From Marsupella aquatica (Eukaryota > Plantae > Marchantiophyta): a stretch of DNA of 64,000 nucleotides. Position numbers and translations under genes: made by a program. The stretch spans positions 14,511,934 to 14,575,933 of the forward strand of contig OZ316899.1 of the NCBI GenBank assembly GCA_973895155.1, read 5' to 3'. Numbering within the stretch: the first letter of the stretch is position 1; the number at the start of each line of letters is the position of its first letter. Below the pieces are notes generated by a model that was given only the letters and a program-made list of their open reading frames with translations, was not told the origin of the DNA and searched no databases. Shown one piece after another: positions 12,791 to 23,539 of the stretch.

Positions 12791-12999
12791 GAGCGACCGA
12801 CGACGTCCACAAATCCTTGAAAGCGCAAAAGGGCAAATAGGTTGCCGTGCCATCGACTAGGTTCTTATGGGGGCTCCTGGGCAAGCTTGGGCGCGAGAGT
12901 GCCAAGGTCGTTAGTTGTCATGAATTGCTTGAGGTTGGACGTCTCGGTCCAAGCATGATCCTCCCTAATGGATGTTTACTCACTACTACATATTTGCCA

Positions 13000-13530
13000 A
13001 TTTTGCGAAGGCATTTTACAAGAGGAAGAAAACTTTGCAAGATTAATCTCATCGCTAAACTTGCGATACGATACGCATCGCACTTAGCGAATCTACACAC
13101 ATCGCAACACATAATTGCGAAACTTAGACCATCGCAACATTTTACGACACTTCACGTATCGCAAAACATTTCCGAAGCAATTACCATTGAACAAGTTAGC
13201 GATCTTTACCGCTTCGCAAATTCATTGAGATGCGCAGGAAAACTAAATAGTTGCGAATATTTAAGCATCTCAAAATATTTTGCGAGTCTTATTGTCTCGC
13301 AAATGAGCGATGTTTGTGGAATGGCTAACTTGCGATAGTAATAGGCTCGCAAATCCTGTGCCTGTCTAGGGTCTCATTTTGTGAATGTTTTGGTTTCGCA
13401 ACTTTGAGATGGTGGTATCTTTGGAAGTTTGCGATGAGGGGATGATGGCAATTAGGGAGCAGTTAAGTATCGCAAATGTAGTGATGAGTTTGCGGGTGTA
13501 GGGGTTTCGCAAGATGTTTCGCAAAATATT
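13000..13530. repeat. Left subterminal repeat array of the CACTA
   Basis: Dense TTGCGA/TCGCAA motifs in both orientations next to the terminus. Confidence 0.85.
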
Positions 13531-14327
13531 ATGAGCGCTTCAAAGAGGTGGAAAAGGAATGGGATTGGGGAGGGAGGGTAAAGGAGGGTGGATACATGTA
13601 ATTTTTAGGGAGGGACAATGAAAAGGAGGAGGAAGGGAATGGGGCTAGGAGGGACAAGGAACGGAGGGATCCAAGAGGGAGGATACAGGTTTAGGGGGCA
13701 CAAGGAAATGAGGGAGGAGGAAGGGTATGTAGATATAGTTTTAGGGAGGGTTTGGATTTAGGGAGTGAAAATAAAAAGGAGGGAGTTTAGGGTTTAGAGA
13801 GGGACAAGGAAAGGAGGGAGGGTATTGGTTTAGAGAGGGACAAGGAAATGAGGGAGGTTTAAGGGTATAGGTTTAGGAGGGAGGAGAGAAGCTAGGTTGT
13901 ATAGGTAAGAGTGGGGGATAGGGGTGGAAAGTAAGGAAAGTATAGGGTTGAAATAGAAAGGGGTTGGGACAAGGAGAGGAAGGAGGAAGGAGGGTTTAAT
14001 AAGAGGGACAGACAATGAAAGAAAGGAGGAGGGAGGTGGGTACAAGTAATAAGGAGAACGGCTAGGGGGGGATTAGGAAAGCATGGAGGATAGAGGACTA
14101 CAAGCAACATGAGTTTTCTTTGCATAAAGTCTACCAAAAGGTGTGGTGAGTGTGGGGTAGGGATGGGAGATATAGAAAACAACATTTGAAAATGATATAC
14201 TTACAAAACATAAGTTTATTGATAATTGAGAAGCACATATTTCTCCATTCTACCGAGAAGAGAAATCTTCATATCATCAAATCTAACTATATATCCGTGT
14301 AGCTATATATCCACAAACACAGACCCC

Positions 14328-17300
14328 TCAAACTTGGTCCTCATCATCTTCAGGTTGGGACACAACCAGAATATCAGGCTTTTCCCCAACGATTGAACGA
14401 GACCGTGGCACATATGTGATGACAAGTGACCATTCCTCTGGGTTTGGGGGGTATGGAATATAGAAACATTGTTCCACATGACTTGGAAAAGTGAACGGCT
14501 CTGATGTTTGCCAATGAGATGGCTGGAAACTAGTGGCAGACGTCTTCAGTCGTGTAAATCCACACTCATCTTGAACCACAGTAGGATTGTTACCTGCAAG
14601 GTTCACTTTGAACCACTTGCACTTGAGGACATACTCTTCAAACTTTGATTGTGCATCTAAGATATCACTAGAATCTCTTCTACCTTTCCATAATGTGGCA
14701 CAACATCTCGAATAATATTTGTGTCATGGCGACTGCTGCGGGAATCTTGAGAGAATTGTCCTTGAACTCCACAATCAAAGGTACGACCCCTCTTCTCATC
14801 AAGGGAAGAAATCCTAAAATCCATCAAACCATAAGGATATGTTACACAAAAATAGACACAAACATATTCCAATTAATTGAACACACCAAGAAACTGCCTC
14901 TTCAATATACGTGCTTGTATTACAAATGAATTAAATTAAACCAAGTGATTCAAATCAAAGGTTACTAAGGTAGATGGAGATCACCTGAAATGTCTTCCTT
15001 GTGTCCACATTGCTGTCCTTGTTGTAACCACTCTCAAGGGACCATGAACAATGGTACGAACATCATCTGTGATAGCCGGAAAATGTAATACACTCTCTCC
15101 CCTGACCACCATGTCATCCACCTCAACTAACTTCTCCTTCATATAGTCAAGGTACTTTGGAAAAATCCTTGGTCTTGTGCTGTTACTTTTGGCATCCTCA
15201 TAGAAATCCCTCCATTCTTCCATGATAGTGCTGTTACTCAACATGAATGTGGTCAGTTGTTTCACCTCCACTGGTGTCAACATGCGAGTTTTCCTAGCAC
15301 CTGTTAAACGATCCTCTTCATCTTCCCTCTCCTCTACCCAAGTACGGGGAGAGGTACAATCAATTGTGGCCAATATGTTACTACAATAGAACATACTCTC
15401 AGCTGCTAAGTATCCTGTAGCCATGCTTCCCTCAACCCGTGCACGGTTACGTACATAACCTTTTAACACTGCCATGTATCGTTCTAGCCAATACATCCAC
15501 CGACAATGCACAGGACCTGCAATGGCCACCTCATGAACAAGATGAACAAGTAAATGCACTTGACAGTCAAAAAAGGAAGGAGGAAGGGCCTTCTCCAACT
15601 TGCATACCACCTCTGCTGCCAAAACCTCCATCCCAGGGATCTCATCAGTATATATCTCCTTAGAGCATACCCATCTCAATAGTTTTCCCAATGACCAAAG
15701 GGCATCTTGCACTTCTTCACTTGCCAAACCTATTATGGCCACAGGCAATATGTGCTGCAATAACCTATGGTAGTCATGTGTCTTGAGATACCTTGGCCAC
15801 TTATGATTGTCCTCCATCCCAAAGGCCTTTCGGAGATTGACACCATAACCAGTAGGAAACCGCATGTCTCCTATGCGATTCCGAAACTCCCTTCTCTGGC
15901 CAATAGGAAGCACCCATGGAGCTGAAGGTCGATGCTCGATCCCTGTGATAGGATCACTTATGACCCACACGTCTGGATGCATCTCAAGATCCTCACAAGC
16001 CTCCCTGAAGTTAGTGTCTTTCTCTCCATAGAAAGCCTTTATCAAAGCCTTTCCCACATTTCCCTCAATGTGCATGGGGTCTAATAGATGGCGGATCTTC
16101 AACTCACCCCAATAGGGCAAAGTGGTTAATATACTCCACCTTGTCAAGCCACTACCGTCAAATTGCATGGGATCCTCTGGGTCTGCCACTCTTGCAGCCA
16201 TGTCTTTCCAGTGTGTAAAAGTTGTTGGCTCAGGTACATCACGCTCGTCACCAAAGGGCATATCAATAGAGGAAAATAGTAGTGGGTCACGCCTCATCTG
16301 ATGTCCCATTGGAAGAAACTTTGTATGCCCAAGATAAACAATCTTGCGAAGATGTGATGAATACTTGGCTACATCACCAAGGCTTGGGCCACAAGTGGAG
16401 CAAGCCTTGTAGCCTTGGGTTTGCAACCCACTCACAAAGCCAAATCCTGGTCATATAAACACACATTATGTTAGGATTAGCACATGGAAATGAGGGGATA
16501 CCATGCATTAGAATATGATGCATTTAAACAACAAAGTTCTTACCTGGGTAGTCATGCATGGTCCACATACAAACCCCTTTGAGTTTGAAAACCCGTGGGG
16601 TACCCCCTGTAGTCTTTCGACCATCATATGCCCATACTCCTTCCCATAATTTCTGGAGTTCCTGAACCAGTAATGTCAAATAGGTGTCCATGTTCTTCAC
16701 CTTCTTTGGCCCTGGGATAATCAAAGATAGCAACAAAAAACCCTTTTTCATGGACAACCATGGTGGAAGGTTGTAATTCATGAGAACCACAGGCCAGACC
16801 GATGTAGGTCTCCCCTTCCCTCCAAGTGAATGAGGGCTAACTCCATCTGATGCCAACCCCAGTCGCACATGCCGAGGGTCACGCTCAAAATCTGGCCATG
16901 TTGATTCCACATGTTTATGAGCAGGAGAGTCAACTGGTAATCGCATGACACCGGGCTCCGAACGATGTTTCTTGTGCCATACCATCAACTCGGCCAAGTC
17001 AGAACATCTATACATGTGCAACAAGCGAGGAATTATGGGGAACCAACGAACTGCTTTCCTTGGTACCTTCTGGGTTAGCATGTTTGGCTCATACCGTGGC
17101 TCATGATACACTGTGCATTCTGTGATATGGGCTGTATCCCCGTGAAATAACATGCAATCATTCACACAGGCATGAATAATATGGTAATCCATGCCAATGG
17201 ATGAGAGAACCTTCTTTGCATCCTTCCAGGTCCCTCGCAACACATTCTCCGAGGGTAACATCAAGTCATGACAATATTCAAATATGTCTGATAACATAGA

Positions 17301-19131
17301 ATTGCTTGTCTTGTGTTTGGCTTGAATGTTCAAGAGCCCCAATATGGCAGAAAGACGGCTCAACCGAGCACCCTCAAAAATAGGTGTTCGAGCATGTTCC
17401 TCTGCCTCTTTCCATTGTTGTTGTCCCTCTGGAGTATGTTGTGGCCGTGGGTCATTTGAAGGGCCAACCTCATCACCAATGTGAGGCACATCATCCTCAA
17501 CATCGGCACCAAACCAATCAACCATGAAGTCATCCATGGCTCTATCTTGATCATGCATGACCTGGTCATCAGTCCGAGGTGCGGCTTCCTCATCAGCACC
17601 ACCTACATCATTACTTGATGAGGAATCACCCTCTGATGGTTCTCCCTCTTCTGGCATACCCATCTCCCGATATGTTGCTCTCAACCTTCGTGGTAACATT
17701 TGTTGAGATGGTTGCGCATTCTATGCACATTACAACCAAAAAACCTCCTCATGTATATTTGACCAAGTACAACAAATTAAAATAGACTTAACACCATTCA
17801 TTCAAGACATTAAGAATTAAAGTAAATGCATGGGCTAAAACCTTATTACTCCAAAATGAGCCCAAAGGCCATATATATAATAGTAAATGGGAAGTCCAAA
17901 ATAGGTGCAAGAGGATAAAGGACATGATTTCCTAATCCCACTCATAGTGTGTGAATAACTCATCTTCTTCTCTAATGGTCCTAGTAGCAAGAACTAAGCA
18001 ATGGTCCTTATGATATGTCGTGCCATATGGTGCCGGCATTGGACCATCAGTAAAAACCCACTCACAATTGGCCCTACGCTTGGGCCAAGTCCCCACAATA
18101 CTATTTATGAAACCAGCAATATTCCCATTACGTATGGGATCGCCATCTATCACCCGCTGCTCACTATACCTTCTAGTGCTACCATCAAAAGTATCCATCT
18201 CTAGAGCATATGTTTTCCACTCAGGATGTTGTGCAAGGATCATGTTCCAATGTCTTCTCTTGTAGATGGGTCCACCGTATGGGAACAAAGTAGGACCCTC
18301 TCTACCACGAACACTTGACCCACCCTCCTCATCCATGATGATATCCTCACAAGAAAATACTCCATATCCATGTCTCTCTCCAAGTGTGGAAGTTTTCACA
18401 ATCCAACGTCTACCCCAAACCACAATCTCCTCATCAAAATCTGTAAAATAAGGCAAGCCAAGAGTGATAGGTTCCCAATCCTTGATGATAGAGGCACACT
18501 TGCCAGTGAATGAACAAACACCCCACCTACCCTGAACTAGTGTTCTGGATGGGTCATTGGGTGCTCGTGGCCTCCTGTTGGATTGGGGCCTGGACCGGGG
18601 TCTTCGTGTCTCAGTGGGCACATGAGGGTGTTCCCCTTTTGTCCCATGACTGGTACTAATTCCCAAACCCAAGGCTTGTGAAAGTGCATTGCCTATAGCA
18701 TCTAAAACTCCTTGTGATGGGACATAGGGTGGTGGTGTCACCAATCTACGCATACTGGATCCCTATTCCATGCAAACACCCACAAACAACCAAATGTGTA
18801 AACCATATGTGTAAACATTGATTCACCTCTAAAAATAACAATAAAGAACGGCAATCAATTGAAACAAACTTACCATATGGGATGAAGAAGCCCCGGGAGT
18901 AAGACCTCTATGACGTCCATATCTCTCAATATGTTGAGCACACACATAAGATTTTTGAGAAATTTGGCCCACACATCTGGTGCAGTCACAAAGTCTTCGG
19001 GGTGGACCACGAGGACCGGTAACCTCGGGCTGAGGAGGAGGGGGTATATCGTCATCGGAGGAGTACTCACTACTGGATAGTTCAGAGGAAGAGGACATAT
19101 CCACTGCCACATTACATTGCATGTAGGGCAT
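14328..19131 (-). pseudogene. CACTA transposase (TnpD-like); predicted exons 19131-18874, 17720-16544, 16446-14985, 14813-14328; 1-nt frameshift near 14659
   Basis: CDCTRC...HIERYG N-terminal Zn motif; IHACVNDCMLF, RLGLASDG, WPVVLMNYNLPPW, HDYPG, DPMHIEGNV, KTHDYH, WMYWLERYM, KCKWF, EPFTFPSHVEQCFY; GT-AG introns keep the frame (phases 0, 1, 2). Confidence 0.92.
17932..18762 (-). CDS. SET-domain protein, predicted alternative terminal exon inside transposase intron 1
   Basis: Intact 273-aa ORF with ordered SET motifs GYGVFS, YGGPI, IDGD...GNIAGFINS, ANC, ATRTIREEDELFTHY; phase-0 TAG acceptor at 18765-18763. Confidence 0.82.
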   Translation of the reverse strand, partial: GSSMRRLVTPPPYVPSQGVLDAIGNALSQALGLGISTSHGTKGEHPHVPTETRRPRSRPQSNRRPRAPNDPSRTLVQGRWGVCSFTGKCASIIKDWEPITLGLPYFTDFDEEIVVWGRRWIVKTSTLGERHGYGVFSCEDIIMDEEGGSSVRGREGPTLFPYGGPIYKRRHWNMILAQHPEWKTYALEMDTFDGSTRRYSEQRVIDGDPIRNGNIAGFINSIVGTWPKRRANCEWVFTDGPMPAPYGTTYHKDHCLVLATRTIREEDELFTHYEWD

Positions 19132-19202
19132 GATTAGGAAAAATTAGGCCATATATAAAGCGATTTTAAAAAAATGAACTCAAAAAACAATTAGGTTGGT
19201 TT

Positions 19203-20270
19203 ATACATGGGGTTTTATTACCCTTTTATATTTGTTAGCATGAAACCCAAATTAAGGTGAGTGTCATGCAAGAAGAAACCACATTATAACCTTTGGGAAA
19301 ATTGTAATACCCTATGTCCTAAGTGAGGTTAGATATTACCTGAATGAGACCCGGGCTCAACAGTGCCTATAGGTCACGTGGCTTTTGGAACATTTGCCAA
19401 ATCTAGAAGTAGGAGGAAAATACTGGAAACAAAATGTAAGTTTGGATGGTAATTAGCAGCCGTCAAGTTGTGGAATCTTAGACATTTACCCACATATATC
19501 ATGACACAACAAAGAAGGGCAAGCATAAAAATCTGTACTAACAACATTGACTGTATACATGATGTTATACCTTTTAGATGCCCGGGTTCCCACAATGCAT
19601 ATGCATTAGACAAAAGTTGAGGTAGTAGTGTTGGCCCTGCGTTGTATCATGATTACATGGGTTTTCCCCTCAATTGTTAGCATAAAACCCTAAACCCTAA
19701 ACCCTTATCCCCCCTCGAGTGAAAGGTGAGTGTCATGCAATAAAAACCCACCCTAGACCCCTGGGAAAACGCTAAAGGCCTAAGCCCAGAATGAAGTTGG
19801 ACAATAATTACCTGAATGAGATCCGGACTCAATAGTGCCTGTAGGTCGTGTGGCTCATTGAACATGAGCTGAATCTAGAAGCACGAGGAAAATACTGGAA
19901 ACAAAAAAGTAAGTTTGGATAGCCATTAGCTTCTCTCAAGTTGTAGACCCCCAAACATGTGCATATAGATATTCTTGCACAACAAAGAAGGGCAAGGTTT
20001 ATGAACAATCTCTTTATCAAACCCTGCTAACATACATGTTTAAATATACCTTTTAGATGTCCGGTTCCCACAATGCATATGCATTAGACAAAAGTTGAGG
20101 AAGCAGTGATGGTCCTGCACTGGATCATGATTACATGGGATTTCCCTCAATTGTTAGCATAAAAACCAAAACCTCATCCCGCTTCAAGTGAAAGGTGAGT
20201 GTCATGCAATAAAAACCCACCATAGACCCTTGGGAACTCTAAAAGCGTAAGCCAATGAAGTTAGCAAAAA
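19203..20270. repeat. Diverged tandem repeat, ~450-475-bp unit, ~2.3 copies, between the divergent CACTA genes
   Basis: TACATGGG...TTGTTAGCAT...AAGGTGAGTGTCATGCAA recurs near 19204, 19654 and 20132. Confidence 0.8.
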
Positions 20271-21583
20271 CCTAAATGGTCAATTCCCTTCAACCATCCT
20301 ATGCTTCTCTCTACCATAATTATATGCCACCCCTCTTGGTTACCCTCCTAAGATACCATAAAAGTAACCCAAGATACTATAAAACTGAAACCTCTCTTTC
20401 AAACCCTCCTAAGTTGGCCTAAACCCCAAAACCCAAAACATAAAACCCCTCCTAGCTCTTACCCTCCAATACATATAACCCCAACCTTCATAAATAAAAC
20501 CCCCCTGCAAACCCAAAACATAAAACCCCTCGTATCTAAGCCAATCTAAGCCCAACCTTCACAAAAGAAACCCTCCCCTAACCAGGCCAAACCCCCTCCT
20601 CTTACCCTGCAATATAACTCCTTCAATTTTCTAACCCCCCAATCCTTATCTCATCACATCCCACTAAAATGCAACATAATCCTCTACATCTACCCCATTT
20701 AATGTTCATAAGCCCCCTTAGTATCCCTAACAACACATCAAATACGCATGCGAGACGGGGGTTATGGCAAAACCAAATAGCGAAGGCTTTTGCGAATCTT
20801 GAAGCTTTGCAAAGATAGAATTTGCGAAGCTTTTTGCGAAGGCCGATGCATCGCAAACTGCGATGCGAAACAAATCGCAAAGCCCAATATTTTGAATCCT
20901 TATGGATTGCCGAGCGCGGACAAGGCGGATTCAGTTCATTCAGGCCTGAGGAGAGCAACGAGGGCAAGGGCGAAGCGATGGCGAGCGGAGAGGGGACTGG
21001 TGGTGATGGAGGAGCTTCTGGCAACAGCGGAGGCAACCGAGGGGGGGGGGATCGATTGAAGGCGATTGTGGATGAGCATTTTTCGGTTGCACAGTTGAGT
21101 CAAATTGATTTCACCAGTCCAGCAGGGCTGGCATCATTGAGTGCCCTTTTGGGCCAAGCCTTGCAAGCAGGTCTCACTGCAGGGCAAGCAGCAGTGGAGG
21201 AGGATGCAAGGAAGGCAGCAGAGCAGGCGGCTGCTGAGAGGAAGCGAAAGAGGGACGAGAGAGCTCAGGCTGGAGTGCTCTCGTCTCAAGCATTGGAAAA
21301 GAAGAGGAGGAAAGATGAGAGAGACCTGATCAGGAAACAGAGGGAGGAGCAAAGAAAGAAGGAGGCAACAAGGAGGAAGCTGCCTCTGATTACTTTAGAG
21401 GATGAGGGGATTCCCACCGAGCTTGCTTACAATGGGGCCAAGAGCACAATCAGGCACATTGTATCCACAAATTTTGCAAGAGGAGTCGAGTGGGGCACTC
21501 GCTCAAAGGCAGAGCAGAAGCGAGTCATCAATCAGGTGAAAGATGCATTTCGAAATGGAGGAGAGATGGATTCACAGTGGCTT

Positions 21584-22973
21584 TGTCGTATAGTGCTAAG
21601 TATCAAAAGTGACTCTCCTCACCTAAAACCAGGGTTTCGATCCCTTTAAGAACAGATTTCAGAATGAATTGTATAACTTTTATCACTCCGAGTGATTTAG
21701 AGTCTTGAGCTCTATGTTGACTTCACTTCTCAATAAAAAAATCGAATAAACAAACAACAAAGTAACTGAACTTCTGATTTATGAATTAGAGAAGAAATGA
21801 GTAAGGATTTAGAGACTACAAACTGCTACTGCCACTCCTTCAGAAAGGATTTGGGCTCAGTATAGACATGAAATCTATCTCATAATTCATCCATCTCACT
21901 CTTCAAAACACAAAGGTTAATGATAATGGAATTCTCAATCTGATGAAGCAGAAGCTTTCTGATTGCAAATGAATGATATGATTTAAAATGCCGTCAACAT
22001 GGTTTGACATCAGCGATACGCAATTCAGTCAAACTCTAAACCATATTCCAGAATCAAAGCAACAGTACTAACTACTCTGAGAATCAGAATTTACTTCTCA
22101 TTTATCATTAACTATTCTTGAATTGGCTAGCGAATCCCGACTCTGCAAGCAAGCCTAGCAGTGAATTCAATACGAGTTTCAGAAATCTGCAACTGAATTC
22201 AATCACCACAGGAATCTCTTGAATTCAATCTTAACTTCAATCAATATAGCTTTACTTCCATACAAAATACTCACAGCATGCCTTGTTATAATGGAAGGAG
22301 GAGAAAACTATTCAGAAGACTCAATTCTGAATACAGTATTAACTCTATTTCTCTCTACTTCAAATGAGCATTCTACTCTGTCTTATAAGTGCTGGAATCC
22401 TAAAATGGAGGAGGTAAGAACAGTCGTGCCTTTCCAAGCTTAAAACTAAACAAGGGAGAAGCACAGCATAAGTACTTCAACAAGGGTGGTAGAATACTAC
22501 TTTACTAGTAATCTACTTCAAAAACTAAGTGTTGAGCGGACGCTGCTAGAAGCGTCGGGAGAATCTGGACGCTGCTAGAAGCGTCTTAAGTAAAACCAAC
22601 GGACGCTGCTCACACTGCTCACAGCGTCAATACTAGGGTGGACGCTGCTCACAGCGTCGTGTGTTGAAGCTGACGCTTTCCACAGCGTCGGTCGAAATCC
22701 TCATAGAGTCTTGGTGGCGGTCGGGCACTGCCAAAAGCATCATGAGGAGGTTGGACGCTTCCGCAGCGTCTTGAGTAAAAGAAACGGGCGCTGGTCACAG
22801 CGTCGGGCAAAGTACACTAGGAATCGTCAGGAAAGCCGGAGATGTCAAATATTTCTATAAGTGTCCAGAACAAGTAAATGTTGGCCGGAAGGTGTCTAAA
22901 GTGTAAGTAAATCTTGTGATATGCTAAAAATAAACAAGTTTCCAGAAAAAATTGCAGGGACACCCATACCACA
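21584..22973 (-). repeat. 3' LTR of Gypsy C
   Basis: TGTCGTATAG...CATACCACA, direct repeat of 33742-35131; adjoins the PPT. Confidence 0.98.
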
Positions 22974-22991
22974 TAGCCCTCCACTTAAATT
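22974..22991 (-). other. Terminal polypurine tract of Gypsy C
   Basis: Minus strand AATTTAAGTGGAGGGCTA directly before the TG of the 3' LTR. Confidence 0.85.
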
Positions 22992-23050
22992 TCGCCGTGT
23001 CCCCACAAGACATGACCGAATTGAATCAGAAGCGAGTGACATGTTCTTCA

Positions 23051-23527
23051 TTAATAATATTCTGGCTTAATAATCCAAGTAGTGCTCAAAATCATTGACG
23101 GGAGTTGGGAGATATCCGAATCCAGAATATAAAAATCGAGGTCATGGAATTCTTCTCCGATCTGTATTGGGACTCCTTTAACTCTTCCCCAAAGATTAAT
23201 GATTCGTCCATCGATTGATATCTGAGCAGATATCGGTTGTACTTCTTGATGAACAAATTGCTGGCACAGTCTGTGGGAGAGGAAATTAATTCGAGAGCCT
23301 GGATCAATAACAAAGTGTTGAATAGCATGTCCTCCCAGTTTGATCTTGCCTTCAAAGGAATGTTGGAAAGCACGGGGTAAAGAATTCCAACAATCCATAG
23401 TAGCTTTGATGTCCCACATGAGCAGATAAATATCAATTCGAAGGAGAAAGAAGGAAACAATTGCAGGATGCTGCAAAAGTAACGGCTTATATACATATAA
23501 ATGACAACACCGTTTGATATCTCTCAT
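23051..23527 (-). CDS. Second retropepsin-like (aspartic protease fold) ORF of Gypsy C
   Basis: FVIDPGSRINFLS, GRVKGVPIQIG, LDFYIL, MILSTTW parallel the element's own protease (VDGGASVNLI, GKLTKVETLIA, LDYVVI, VLLGRPW). Confidence 0.7.
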   Translation of the reverse strand: MRDIKRCCHLYVYKPLLLQHPAIVSFFLLRIDIYLLMWDIKATMDCWNSLPRAFQHSFEGKIKLGGHAIQHFVIDPGSRINFLSHRLCQQFVHQEVQPISAQISIDGRIINLWGRVKGVPIQIGEEFHDLDFYILDSDISQLPSMILSTTWIIKPEYY

Positions 23528-23539
23528 AAATGGTGTCCT

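Noticed and set aside
17932-18753. SET ORF as an ordinary host gene
   Set aside because: Inside TIR/TSD-bounded CACTA and within the transposase intron; no pre- or post-SET domains.
19685-19704. Interstitial telomere (AAACCCT repeats)
   Set aside because: Only 2-3 units; at most a telo-box-like motif within the CACTA spacer.
22219-22443. 74-aa ORF repeated at 34377-34601
   Set aside because: Duplicated only because it lies in the LTRs; antisense, non-ATG start, no motif.
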